From Nitrosomonadales bacterium (GTDB taxonomy: Bacteria; Pseudomonadota; Gammaproteobacteria; Burkholderiales; SG8-39): a stretch of DNA of 64,000 nucleotides. Shown here in pieces: positions 38,697-48,262 of the stretch. Every line of letters starts with the position of its first letter. The stretch's first letter is position 1. Made by a program: the position numbers and the translations under genes. Location of the stretch: contig SBAS01000115.1 of the NCBI GenBank assembly GCA_005240145.1, forward strand, positions 4,188 through 68,187, read 5' to 3'. The notes beneath the pieces were generated by a model, which was not told the DNA's origin, made no database searches, and saw only the letters and a program-made list of their open reading frames with translations.

Positions 38697-39344
38697 ATGG
38701 CACGCGGCGCCATAGATCTTCCCAAACGCCTGGCGGCCTACGTCATCGCCACCGGCGTGCGCGAGACGGCGGTGCAACGCCGCCTGCGCGCGGTGACGCG
38801 CCGGATTCCGATGGGCGGCATGCAGATCGGGCCCGAGCAGGCGGCGCTGATGCAGATCCTGGTGCGCGCGACCGGCGCGCGGCGCTGCATCGAGATCGGC
38901 ACCTTCACGGGCTACTCGTCGCTTGCCGTGGCGCTCGCCCTGCCGCCTGGCGGCAAACTGGTCTGTTGTGACGTGAGCGAGGAATGGACCGCGATAGCGA
39001 GAAAGTACTGGGCCCTGGCTTCCGTATCCAAAAAGATTCAACTCAAACTTGCGCCGGCGCTTGAAACGCTGAAGAAATTGAAGGGCCCCTTCGACTTCGC
39101 GTTCATCGACGCGGACAAGACCAATTATCAAAACTATTTCGAGCGCTGCCTGCAGCTCGTGCGCCGCGGCGGCATCATCGCCATCGACAATACGCTCTGG
39201 CATGGGCGGGTGATCGATCGCCGGGAGCGCAGCGCCGATACGCTTGCGATCCGCGCCTTCAACCAGAAGCTGCGCCGCGACCGCAGGGTGACTATCGCGC
39301 TGGTGCCGATCGGCGACGGCGTGACGCTCGCCTGCAAGCGCTAG
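38697..39344 (+). CDS. Class I SAM-dependent O-methyltransferase (caffeoyl-CoA OMT-like)
   Basis: MQIGPEQ, EIGTFTGYS, FIDADK, DNTLWHG, PIGDG. Confidence 0.9.
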   Translation: MARGAIDLPKRLAAYVIATGVRETAVQRRLRAVTRRIPMGGMQIGPEQAALMQILVRATGARRCIEIGTFTGYSSLAVALALPPGGKLVCCDVSEEWTAIARKYWALASVSKKIQLKLAPALETLKKLKGPFDFAFIDADKTNYQNYFERCLQLVRRGGIIAIDNTLWHGRVIDRRERSADTLAIRAFNQKLRRDRRVTIALVPIGDGVTLACKR

Positions 39345-39769
39345 CGCGGCGGCAGGTCCGGGATCAGGCGTTTGCCCAGGCTCGCCACGTCATCGGCGCT
39401 GTAGCCGATGCGGCGGTAGAACTCCAGCACCGCCGTGTTGCCGGTGCGCACCTGCAGGTTCAATTTCGGGCAGCCCCTTGCGGCCAGCAGCTCTTCGACG
39501 TGCCGCATCAGCAGGCGGCCGTAACCCCTGGTCCGGTGCTCGGGCGCAACCGCGAGGTAATTCACCCAGCCCCTGTGCCCGTCGTAGCCTGCCATGACCG
39601 TGGCGACGACCGTTCCCGCAAGTTCGCCGACGAGGAAAAGCTCGGCCTGCGTGGTGAGCTTCCTCTGGATGTCCTTGTGCGGATCGTTCCAGGGGCGCGT
39701 GAGTTCGCAGCGCCGCCAGAGTTCGACGACCGCGCTTTCGTCCGCGTCAGCGTAGGGACGGAGTTTCAT
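39341..39769 (-). CDS. GNAT-family acetyltransferase
   Basis: GYDGHRGWVNYLAV, RGYGR motif A, KLNLQVR. Confidence 0.88.
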   Translation of the reverse strand: MKLRPYADADESAVVELWRRCELTRPWNDPHKDIQRKLTTQAELFLVGELAGTVVATVMAGYDGHRGWVNYLAVAPEHRTRGYGRLLMRHVEELLAARGCPKLNLQVRTGNTAVLEFYRRIGYSADDVASLGKRLIPDLPPR

Positions 39770-40379
39770 GCAGTACGGGTTCGCCGAGAAACGTCAGACT
39801 ACGCTGGTCGCGGCGGTAGACGCCGCGTTCGGTCACCACCCAATCCACCGGAATGTCCCAGCTTTGCGGGTGGATGGTCTCGATCCTGGCCATCTCAGAT
39901 GCCACTCCGATGACGGTTGGTTTCTTCGGCATAGAAACTAAAGTCCTATCAAAAAAACCGCCCCCATAGCCCAGGCGGTAACCGGCGCCATCCCAGCCGT
40001 TCATTGGCAGGAGCACGGCGTCTGGAACGATTTCTTTTGAGTTGACCGGGTAAGGGATCTCCAGGGGTCCCAGGGCCGTCTCGACGCCGGGATGCCACTC
40101 GCGGAAAATCAACGGCTGCCTCGGCGCGACGACGACCGGCAGCGCGGTCAACGCGCCGAGCTCGCGCAGCGTTCTTACCAGGTGCCGCGCGTCGTACTCT
40201 GCCCTGATGGGCCAGCAAAAGGCGAGCTTTGCCGAGGCGAGCCCGGGAAACGAGCGCGCGATATGGATGTCGATGCTGTGCCGGTAGCGCTCGAGCGTGG
40301 CGTGATCGAGCGCGGCGCGCGCTGCAATCAGCCGCGTGCGTTCGCTTTTTCGCCAGGCCTTGAGTTGTTCGGCATCCAT
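39747..40379 (-). CDS. 5-formyltetrahydrofolate cyclo-ligase
   Basis: WPIRAEYD, ALPVV, GYRLGYGGGFFDRTL, DIPVDWVVTE. Confidence 0.9.
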   Translation of the reverse strand: MDAEQLKAWRKSERTRLIAARAALDHATLERYRHSIDIHIARSFPGLASAKLAFCWPIRAEYDARHLVRTLRELGALTALPVVVAPRQPLIFREWHPGVETALGPLEIPYPVNSKEIVPDAVLLPMNGWDGAGYRLGYGGGFFDRTLVSMPKKPTVIGVASEMARIETIHPQSWDIPVDWVVTERGVYRRDQRSLTFLGEPVLHETPSLR

Positions 40380-40412
40380 GCAGCGTCAATCGCGCAGTGC
40401 TAAGCTTAGTCC

Positions 40413-42359
40413 ATGATTTTTAGGCGTTTCCTTACTATAGCAGCACTCGCCGGCTGGATCGGCGCTGGAATCGCCGCGCCCAAAGTCCCGCCGGCGGACG
40501 AAGCTCTGCTCAAGGCCCACGACGCGTTTCGCGCCGGCGACGCGGCCAGGCTCGCCAAAGCCGCAGCGCCGCTTGGCCGCCATGTGCTCGCGCCGTACCT
40601 GGAGTACTGGCGGCTGAAATTGCGCCTCGAAGACAAACCCGATGCGGAGGTGCGCACGTTCCTGCTGCGCGAACAGGGCAGCTACGTCGCCGAGCGCCTG
40701 CGCGCGGATTGGCTGAAGGAACTCGGCAAGCGCGCCGACTGGCAGAGCTTCGACCAGGAGCTGCCGCTGCTCGCGCAGGACGACCTGGAACTGCGCTGCT
40801 ACGCCTGGCTCTCGCGCCTGGCGCGCGGCGATGCAGGCGCGTTCGACGAGGCCAAGCCGGTCTGGCTCGAGCCGCGCGAACTGCCCGAGGGCTGCAATAC
40901 GCTGGTCGACAGCATGCTCGAGGCGCGGCGCGTCAGCGTGGACGACGTCTGGCGCCGGGTAAGGCTCCTGTTCGAAAACAACCAGGTCGGCGCGGCGCGG
41001 CGCACGCTCGCCTTCCTGCCCGGGGGCGAGAAGCACGACGAGCGGCAGCTCAACCAGGTGGTCACCGCGCCGAAGATTTTTCTCGCCGGCGCGACGCGCT
41101 TCCTGCACAAGCGCCCGACGCGCGAGATGGCGGTGCTGGCCATGCTGCGGCTCGGGCGCGCCGAACCCGAGGCGGCGGCGGAACTCCTGCGCGGCAAGCT
41201 GGGCGGGAATCTTCCCGCACAGGATGTGAGCTACATCTGGGGCCGTCTCGCCTACGAAGGCGCGCGCAAGCACGCACCCGAGGCGCGCCGCTGGTATGGC
41301 CTGGCGGATGAAATGGCGCTGAACGATGAGCAGCTGGCGTGGAAGGCGCGCACGGCGCTGCGCGCAGCTGACTGGCAGATGGTGCGCGACGCGGTGGACC
41401 GCATGTCGGTGAGCGCGCGCCAGGATCCGGCCTGGGCCTACTGGTACGGCCGCGCGCTCGGCAAGCAGGGGAGCGACGACGGTGCGCGCGCCTACTTCCT
41501 GCGCATCTCGGGGCAGCCGAACTTCTACGGCCTGCTCGCCGCCGAGGAGCTGGGGGCCATGGCCGGCATCCCCGAGCCGTTCCATGTCGCGAGCGAGGCG
41601 GACGTCAGCGCCGCCGGCGCGATCGCCGGCCTCGCGCGCGCGCTGGAGTTGTACCGCCTCGAGCTGCGCGCCGAGGCGACGCGCGAATGGATCTTCACCA
41701 TCCGCAGCATGGACGACGCGCAGCTGCTTGCGGCCGCCGAGGTCGCGCGCCGCGCGGGGATCTTCGACCGCGCCATCAACACGGCCGAGCGCACCTTGAG
41801 CGCGCACAACTACAAGGTGCGTTTCCTCGCCCCCTTCAAGGAAGTGTTCGAAGAGCACGCGCGCGCCTTCGGCCTCGAGGAGGCCTGGGTGCTGGGGCTG
41901 GTGCGCCAGGAGAGCCGTTTCATCGTCAACGCCAGGTCCTCGGTGGGGGCAGCCGGGCTCATGCAGCTGATGCCGGCCACGGCGCGCTGGATGGCGAAGA
42001 AGAACAACGTGAAGAATTTTTCGCCGGCCCGCGTCACGGAAGTGCCGATCAACGTCGCGCTGGGCACGGGCTACCTGAGGCTGGTGCTTGATGACCTGGG
42101 CCACCCGGTGCTCGCTTCGGCCGCCTACAACGCCGGCCCGGGCCGCGCGCGGCGCTGGCGCGCCGACCAGCCGCTGGAAGGCGCCATTTACGCCGAGACC
42201 ATCCCGTTCAACGAAACGCGCGACTACGTGAAGAAGGTGATGGCGAACACCATGTACTACGCGCAGATATTCGACGGTAAGATTGTGCCGCTCAAGGACC
42301 GGCTGGGGCGGATCCCGGCAAGGGCGTCCAACGAGCGGTTCAACGAGGAACTGCCGTGA
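40413..42359 (+). CDS. slt: Soluble lytic murein transglycosylase (Slt70-like)
   Basis: Helical N-terminal region; C-terminal catalytic RQES, GLMQLMP, AYNAGPGRA, ETRDYVKKV. Confidence 0.93.
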   Translation: MIFRRFLTIAALAGWIGAGIAAPKVPPADEALLKAHDAFRAGDAARLAKAAAPLGRHVLAPYLEYWRLKLRLEDKPDAEVRTFLLREQGSYVAERLRADWLKELGKRADWQSFDQELPLLAQDDLELRCYAWLSRLARGDAGAFDEAKPVWLEPRELPEGCNTLVDSMLEARRVSVDDVWRRVRLLFENNQVGAARRTLAFLPGGEKHDERQLNQVVTAPKIFLAGATRFLHKRPTREMAVLAMLRLGRAEPEAAAELLRGKLGGNLPAQDVSYIWGRLAYEGARKHAPEARRWYGLADEMALNDEQLAWKARTALRAADWQMVRDAVDRMSVSARQDPAWAYWYGRALGKQGSDDGARAYFLRISGQPNFYGLLAAEELGAMAGIPEPFHVASEADVSAAGAIAGLARALELYRLELRAEATREWIFTIRSMDDAQLLAAAEVARRAGIFDRAINTAERTLSAHNYKVRFLAPFKEVFEEHARAFGLEEAWVLGLVRQESRFIVNARSSVGAAGLMQLMPATARWMAKKNNVKNFSPARVTEVPINVALGTGYLRLVLDDLGHPVLASAAYNAGPGRARRWRADQPLEGAIYAETIPFNETRDYVKKVMANTMYYAQIFDGKIVPLKDRLGRIPARASNERFNEELP

Positions 42360-43285
42360 AGCACCAGAACATTCTCGTCGTGGGCGGCGCCGGCTTCGTC
42401 GGCCGGCACCTGGTCGCCGCGTTCGCCGCGCGCGGTGCGCGCGTCACCGTGCCGACGCGCCGCCGCGAGCGCGCCAAGCACCTGATCCTGCTGCCCACGG
42501 TGGACGTGGTCGAAGCCGACGTGAACGATGCGAAAGCGCTTGTGGCGCTAGCCGCAGGGCGCGATGCGGTGGTGAACCTCGCGGGGATATTGCACGGCCC
42601 GGATTTCAAGCTGGCGCATGTCGAGCTGGCGCAGTCGATCGTCAACGCCTGCCACCGGGCCGGCGTCAGGCGTTTGCTGCATATGAGCGCGCTCGGCGCC
42701 GATACCGACGGGCCATCCGAATACCTGCGCTCCAAGGGGATTGGCGCGCGCGCGGTGCTCGCTGCCGACGACCTGGCGGTGACCGTGTTCCGCCCCTCGA
42801 TCATTTACGGGCCCGAGGATCGCTTCCTCAACCTGTTCGCGCGGCTCGCCGCCTGGACGCCGCTGTTCGTGCTGGGTTCGCCCGGGGCGCGCTTCCAGCC
42901 GGTCTACGTCGGCGACGTGGTGCGCGCCTTCGTCGCCGCGCTGGACAATGAAGAAGCCGCCGGCAAGAGCTACGATTTATGTGGGCCGAAGGAGTACACG
43001 CTGCGCCAACTGGTCGCACTGGCCTGCGCGATCACCGGCCGGCGCCGCCTCGTTATCGGCCTGCCCGAGGGCCTGTCCTACCTGCAGGCCTGGTCGATGG
43101 AACTGCTGCCGGTGAAACTGCTCACGCGCGACAACCACTATTCCATGCAGGTGCCGAACGTATCCGCGAGCGCGTTTCCGTTCGGCATCCGGCCCGTGCT
43201 GCTGGAAGCCACGGTGCCCTCCTGGCTCGCGCCCGCGGGCCCGCGCGAGCGCTATCCACAGCTGCGCTGGCGCGCGCGGCGCTGA
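42356..43285 (+). CDS. NAD-dependent epimerase/dehydratase (complex I NDUFA9-like)
   Basis: GGAGFVG, HMSALGA, YLRSK, FRPSIIYGPED, FQPVYVGDV. Confidence 0.88.
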   Translation: MKHQNILVVGGAGFVGRHLVAAFAARGARVTVPTRRRERAKHLILLPTVDVVEADVNDAKALVALAAGRDAVVNLAGILHGPDFKLAHVELAQSIVNACHRAGVRRLLHMSALGADTDGPSEYLRSKGIGARAVLAADDLAVTVFRPSIIYGPEDRFLNLFARLAAWTPLFVLGSPGARFQPVYVGDVVRAFVAALDNEEAAGKSYDLCGPKEYTLRQLVALACAITGRRRLVIGLPEGLSYLQAWSMELLPVKLLTRDNHYSMQVPNVSASAFPFGIRPVLLEATVPSWLAPAGPRERYPQLRWRARR

Positions 43286-43297
43286 GGCGAAACGCCG

Positions 43298-44737
43298 ATG
43301 TCCAACGGGGCGCGCATCGACGCGCTGCTCGCAGGCCCGGTGCGCGCGATCAACATTGGTCTCGCGGGTTTCGCGCGCGATCTGGCCGCGTGCGGCGCCG
43401 AGGTGGCGCAGGTAGACTGGGCGCCGCCCGCCGGCGGCAAGCCCGAATTGCTCGCCGCGCTCGAGCGTCTTGCCGCAATGGAATCGGCGATAGCGGCCGC
43501 CAACCAGGCGGTCATCGAGCGCGTGCTTGCCGCCGAACCCGTGCTCGCCGGCGTGCATCGCGCGGACGAGCTGATCCCGGCGCTGGCGGAGCGGCGCCTG
43601 GTGCTGCACACAGGACCCCCGCTCGGCTGGCGCGAGATGTGCGGCCCGCTGCGCGGCGCGGTTTGCGGCGCGCTCGTCTTCGAGGGCTGGGCGGCCGACC
43701 TCACTGCCGCCGAGCGCCTCGCCGCGTCGGGCGAGATCGCGTTCTCGCCCAATCACCACCACGGCGCGGTGGGCCCGATGACCGGCATCACGACGCGCAG
43801 CATGCCGCTGCTCGTGGTCGAGAACCGCGTCGGGCTGGCGAAAGGCGGGGGCAACCGCGCTTTCTGCGCCCTCAACGAAGGCCTGGGCAAGGTGATGCGC
43901 TTCGGCGGCAATGATGCCGAGGTGCTGGCCCGCCTCGCCTGGCTGCGCGACGAATTCGGGCCGCTGCTCGGCAGGGCCCTGGAGCTCGCCGGAGGCATCG
44001 CGCTTGGCCCCTTGATCGCGCGCGGCCTCGCCATGGGCGACGAGATGCACCAGCGCAACGTCGCCTGCACTTCGCTTTTCCTCCGGGCGATCGCGCCCAG
44101 CATGGCCGCTGGTGGCGGACCCTTGGAAAAAGCCTTCGCCTTCATCGCGGGCAACGACCAGTTTTTCCTGAATATCGCGATGGCCATGGGCAAAAGCATG
44201 CTCGATCCGGCGCGGGGTGTGGCCGGCAGCACGATCGTCACCGCGATGAGCCGCAACGGCACCGAGTTCGGCATTCGCGTCGCGGGCACCGGCGAGCGCT
44301 GGTTCACCGCGCCCGTGGAAATGCCGCAGGGCCTTTTCTTTCCGGGCTTCTCCGCGGCCGATGCCAATCCGGACATCGGCGATTCGGCGATCCTCGAGGC
44401 CGTGGGGCTGGGCGCTTTCGCCATGGCGGCGGCGCCCGCGGTCGCGGGCTTCATCGGCGCGGGTGGCTTTGCCGATGCGCTCGCCTATACGCGCGCCATG
44501 GCGGAGATCGCGGTGGCGCGCAATCCGAGGTGGACGATCCCGGCGCTCGAATTCTCCGGCACCGCGACCGGCATCGACGTGCGCCGCGTCATCGAGACCG
44601 GGATCGCCCCGGCGATCAACACCGGAATTGCGCATCGCAGGGCGGGCGTGGGCCAGGTCGGGGCAGGCGTCGCCCGCGCGCCCCTTGCGTGTTTCGAGCA
44701 GGCTTTGCTGGCGCTTGGCGATGCCGCTGGTCGTTAA
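43298..44737 (+). CDS. allG: DUF1116 / AllG(YlbE)-like protein, putative oxamate carbamoyltransferase subunit
   Basis: HTGPP, NEGLGKVMRFG, MGDEMHQRN, DQFFLNIAMA, NPDIGDSA, INTGIAHR, APLACFEQAL. Confidence 0.8.
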   Translation: MSNGARIDALLAGPVRAINIGLAGFARDLAACGAEVAQVDWAPPAGGKPELLAALERLAAMESAIAAANQAVIERVLAAEPVLAGVHRADELIPALAERRLVLHTGPPLGWREMCGPLRGAVCGALVFEGWAADLTAAERLAASGEIAFSPNHHHGAVGPMTGITTRSMPLLVVENRVGLAKGGGNRAFCALNEGLGKVMRFGGNDAEVLARLAWLRDEFGPLLGRALELAGGIALGPLIARGLAMGDEMHQRNVACTSLFLRAIAPSMAAGGGPLEKAFAFIAGNDQFFLNIAMAMGKSMLDPARGVAGSTIVTAMSRNGTEFGIRVAGTGERWFTAPVEMPQGLFFPGFSAADANPDIGDSAILEAVGLGAFAMAAAPAVAGFIGAGGFADALAYTRAMAEIAVARNPRWTIPALEFSGTATGIDVRRVIETGIAPAINTGIAHRRAGVGQVGAGVARAPLACFEQALLALGDAAGR

Positions 44738-46094
44738 CCGCGTCGAGCAGGGCCGCTATCTCGATTCGGTCGCGCTGATGCGCGTATCGCGGCGCCTCGA
44801 GGCGCTGCCGGGCGTGCTCGGCGCGGCCGTGATGATCGGCACACCGTCCAACCGCGCGCTGATGCGCGACGCCGGCCTGCTCGCCGCCGAAGGCCAGGCT
44901 GCCGGCCCGAACGACCTGGTGATCGCGGTGCTCGCGCAGGACGCAGCGGCGGGGCGCGCGGCGCTCGATTTCGCCTTGCAGTCCATGCACGAGAAAGACA
45001 AGGGCTCAACCGCAACGTTTGCTCGCGCGCGCAGCCTTGGCGGTGCGCTCGAATCGCTGGCGCAGGCGAATCTGGCGCTGATTTCGGTTCCGGGTGAGTA
45101 CGCCGCGCGCGAAGCGCGGCGCGCGCTCGAACGCGGGCTGCATGTGATGCTGTTCTCGGACAACGTGCCGCTCGAAGCCGAGGTCGAGCTGAAGCGACTG
45201 GCGGGCGAGAAAGGCCTGCTGATGATGGGGCCGGACTGCGGCACGGCGCTGATCGCGGGGACCCCGGTCGCCTTCGCCAACGCGGTGCCGCGCGGCGACA
45301 TCGGCATCGTGTCCGCCTCCGGGACCGGGTTGCAGGAGGTGTCTTCGCTGATCGCGCGCCTGGGCGGCGGCGTCTCGCACGGCATCGGCGTCGGCGGGCG
45401 CGACCTCGACGAGCGCGTCGGCGCGCTTGCTACGCTGGCTGCCCTCGAGGCTCTTGATCAAGATGAAAGCACGGCGAAGATCATCGTGATCTCGAAGCCG
45501 CCGTCGCCGGCGGTCGCGCGGCGCGTGCTGGAGCGGGTGAAGCGGCTGCACAAGCCTAGCGAGGTGTGCTTCCTCGGCTCAAAAGAGCCGGGGCTTGCAC
45601 GCACGCTCACCGATGTTTCAGAACGCGCCACGGGAAAGAAGATCGCCCCGTTCAGGAGCAGGCTGAAGAAAGGCAAACGCAGGGCAGTGGGGCTCTTCTG
45701 CGGCGGAACCCTGTGCGCCGAGGCGGAACTGATCTTCGGCGGTCGCCGTGGCCATCGTTTTATCGACCTGGGCGACGACGAGTTCACGCGCGGCCGCCCG
45801 CACCCGATGATCGAGCCCGAGTTGCGCAACGAGCACATCGCCGCGGCGCTGAAGGACCCGCGGGTGGGCTTGCTGCTGGTTGATGTTGTGCTTGGCTATG
45901 GATCGCACGAGAATCCGGCGGCAGTCCTCGCGCAGAACGACTTGTCTTCGAAAGTGGTCATCGCCTCGGTGACCGGTACCGATGGCGACCCGCAAGGCTA
46001 CTCGCGCCAGGTCGCGATCCTGCGCTCGGCCGGGGTAGTGGTCGCGCCCTCCAGCGCGCGCGCCGCGGAACTCGCAGCCAGCCTCGTTTCCTAG
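44721..46094 (+). CDS. fdrA: FdrA/AllF-like acyl-CoA-synthetase-fold protein
   Basis: YLDSVALM, ALISVPGEYA, FSDNV, MGPDCGT, SASGTGLQE, GGTLCAEA, DLGDDEFTRGRPHPMI; start ATG 44721. Confidence 0.85.
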   Translation: MPLVVNRVEQGRYLDSVALMRVSRRLEALPGVLGAAVMIGTPSNRALMRDAGLLAAEGQAAGPNDLVIAVLAQDAAAGRAALDFALQSMHEKDKGSTATFARARSLGGALESLAQANLALISVPGEYAAREARRALERGLHVMLFSDNVPLEAEVELKRLAGEKGLLMMGPDCGTALIAGTPVAFANAVPRGDIGIVSASGTGLQEVSSLIARLGGGVSHGIGVGGRDLDERVGALATLAALEALDQDESTAKIIVISKPPSPAVARRVLERVKRLHKPSEVCFLGSKEPGLARTLTDVSERATGKKIAPFRSRLKKGKRRAVGLFCGGTLCAEAELIFGGRRGHRFIDLGDDEFTRGRPHPMIEPELRNEHIAAALKDPRVGLLLVDVVLGYGSHENPAAVLAQNDLSSKVVIASVTGTDGDPQGYSRQVAILRSAGVVVAPSSARAAELAASLVS

Positions 46095-46140
46095 GAGAAC
46101 GCGCCGAACGCGACCAGCGGCGATTCGGGCACGGGCATGG

Positions 46141-47361
46141 TCAGAGTTCGCCGTAGACGCCGAGCGCGGCGTCGACCGCGGCGCCCCGGGGCAGCCTGAA
46201 TCCTTGCGCCGAAAGCACCGCTTCCAGCGCGCCCAGCGTGATCAGCACGGCATCCTCGCGCGCGTTATAGCCCATGGCGCCGATGCGCCAGATCCTGCCG
46301 CGCAGCGGCCCGAAGGAGGTGCCGATCTCGATGCCGAAGTGGCCCAGCAGCGCGCTGCGGGCCTTCTCGCCGTCCACGCCCTGCGGCACGAAGACCCCGG
46401 TGACGTTGGTCATCTTGTGTTTCGGGTCGCCGAAGAGCTTGAGACCCATCGCCTCGAGCCCGCGCGTCAGCGCCCTGGAGGCGAGCGCATGGCGCGCGAA
46501 CGCCTGCGGCAGACCTTCCTGGAGCAGGATGCGGGCGCATTCGCGCGCCGCGTAGAGCATGCTGGTCGCCTCGGTGTGGTGGTTGAGCGCCTTGTCCGAC
46601 CAGTAGTCCATGATCATGGCGAGGTCGAGGTAGTTGCTGCGGATCACCGGACCTTCGCCATCCTGCTGGTTCTGTTCGCGCAAGCCTTGCTCCGTATGAC
46701 GGCGCCGCACGATCGCCCGCTCCGCCCGCTCGTTGAGCGTGAGCGGCGCGGCGCCCGAGGGGCCGCCGAGGCATTTCTGCAGCCCGGCGCTCACCACGTC
46801 GAGCTGCCAGGCGTCGGTGGGCAGGTCCATGCCGCCGAGCGTGGCGGTGGCGTCGACATAAAGCAACGCGTCGTGCGCGCGGCAGATTCGCCCGAGCGCG
46901 GCGAGCGGCTGCGCCATCGTTGTGGAGGTGTCGCCGCGCGAAATGGCGACAAGCTTCGGCTGCTGTTTCTTTATCTCTTTTTCGAGCACCTCCGCCGGAA
47001 AGATCTGGCCCCACTCTGTCTCCACGGTCCGCACGTCGGCGCCCAAGCGCTTCGCGATCTCGACTTTGAGGTGGCCGAAGCGGCCGAACACCGGCACCAG
47101 CACCCGGTCGCCGGGCTCGATCAGCGAAGCGAGCGCCGCCTCGATCGCCGAGCGCGCAGTGCCGTCGATCAGCAGCGTCTGCCGGTTCTGCGTCTGGAAC
47201 ACGCCGCGGTAGAGTTGCGACACCTGCTGCATGTAGCCGCGGAACTGCGGATCGAACTGGCCGAGCAGCGGCGCGCTCATGGCGCGCAGCACGCGCGGGT
47301 CGGCGTTGATCGGCCCGGGGCCCATGAGGAGCCTCGGCCCCGGGTTGATGTCTTCAAACAT
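46141..47361 (-). CDS. pucG: PLP class V aminotransferase, PucG-like (S)-ureidoglycine-glyoxylate transaminase
   Basis: LLMGPGP, LGQFDP, DATATLGG, GLQKCLGGPSG, NHHTEATSMLY, WRIGAMG; ureide gene context. Confidence 0.85.
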   Translation of the reverse strand: MFEDINPGPRLLMGPGPINADPRVLRAMSAPLLGQFDPQFRGYMQQVSQLYRGVFQTQNRQTLLIDGTARSAIEAALASLIEPGDRVLVPVFGRFGHLKVEIAKRLGADVRTVETEWGQIFPAEVLEKEIKKQQPKLVAISRGDTSTTMAQPLAALGRICRAHDALLYVDATATLGGMDLPTDAWQLDVVSAGLQKCLGGPSGAAPLTLNERAERAIVRRRHTEQGLREQNQQDGEGPVIRSNYLDLAMIMDYWSDKALNHHTEATSMLYAARECARILLQEGLPQAFARHALASRALTRGLEAMGLKLFGDPKHKMTNVTGVFVPQGVDGEKARSALLGHFGIEIGTSFGPLRGRIWRIGAMGYNAREDAVLITLGALEAVLSAQGFRLPRGAAVDAALGVYGEL

Positions 47362-48262
47362 GGGAATGATGTTTCAGCCAGTGCCTCGCGATGTCGATAC
47401 GCCGGGTGACCCAGACTTTCTTGTTTCCTACATATTTCAGGAATCTCTCCAGGGAATTGAAACGTCCGGGCCTGCCCGCCAGCCTGCAATGCATGCCGAC
47501 CGACATCATGCGACCGCCTTCGGCGTAGAGGACGTCGAAGGAGTCCTTCAGGTACTGGAAGAACTGCTCGCCGGAGTTGAAGCCCTGCGGCGTGGCGAAG
47601 CGCATGTCGTTCGCGTCCAGCGTGTAGGGCACCACCAGCTGCGGCTTGCCGCCTTTCTTCCTATAGCGCGTGTCGTAGAACGGCAGCTCGTCGCTGTAAT
47701 CGTCGGCGTCGTAGACGAAGCCGCCGTCCTCCACGACCAGGCGGCGCGTGTTGGGACTGGTGCGCCCGGTGTACCAGCCCAGCGGCCTCGACCCCGTGAG
47801 GCGCTTGTGGATCTCGATCGCGCGCTGCATGTGCGCGCGTTCCTCCTCGAGCGGTACCTGCTGGTAGCTGATCCAGCGCCAGCCGTGGCTCGCGATCTCG
47901 TGCTTCGCCTCGAGGAAGGCCTCGACCACCGCCGGGTTGCGTTCCATCGCCATGGCGACGCCGAACACGGTGAGCGGCAGGTCGTATTTTCGGAACAGCG
48001 CCAGCAGCCGCCACACGCCGACCCGCGCGCCGTATTCGTACAGCGACTCCATCGACATGTGGCGCGCGCCCTCGAAGGCCTGCGCGCCGACGATCTCCGA
48101 AAGGAACGCTTCGCTCGCCTTGTCGCCGTGCAGCACCGAGTTCTCGCCCCCTTCCTCGTAGTTGAGGACGAACTGCAGCGCGATGCGCGCGCCGCCCGGC
48201 CATTTCACCCTGGGCGGCGCTGCCCCGTATCCGGCCAGGTCGCGTGGGTAGGTTTCTTTCAA
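47354..48262 (-). CDS. puuE: Metal-independent allantoinase PuuE (polysaccharide deacetylase fold)
   Basis: YPRDLAGYG, FVLNYEEGGEN, SMESLYEYG, HGWRW, GWYTGR, PYTLDANDMRF, GMHCR. Confidence 0.95.
   Translation of the reverse strand: MKETYPRDLAGYGAAPPRVKWPGGARIALQFVLNYEEGGENSVLHGDKASEAFLSEIVGAQAFEGARHMSMESLYEYGARVGVWRLLALFRKYDLPLTVFGVAMAMERNPAVVEAFLEAKHEIASHGWRWISYQQVPLEEERAHMQRAIEIHKRLTGSRPLGWYTGRTSPNTRRLVVEDGGFVYDADDYSDELPFYDTRYRKKGGKPQLVVPYTLDANDMRFATPQGFNSGEQFFQYLKDSFDVLYAEGGRMMSVGMHCRLAGRPGRFNSLERFLKYVGNKKVWVTRRIDIARHWLKHHSHV

Noticed and set aside
40380-40412. Possible 6S RNA upstream of the 5-formyl-THF cyclo-ligase
   Set aside because: Only 33 nt separate it from the divergent slt start, too short for ssrS.
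41203-41218. GCGGGAA-TC-TTCCCGC inverted repeat inside slt
   Set aside because: Only 7-bp arms with a 2-nt loop, in the opposite arm order to the REP in the PKS, within normal coding sequence (GGNLP); likely chance.
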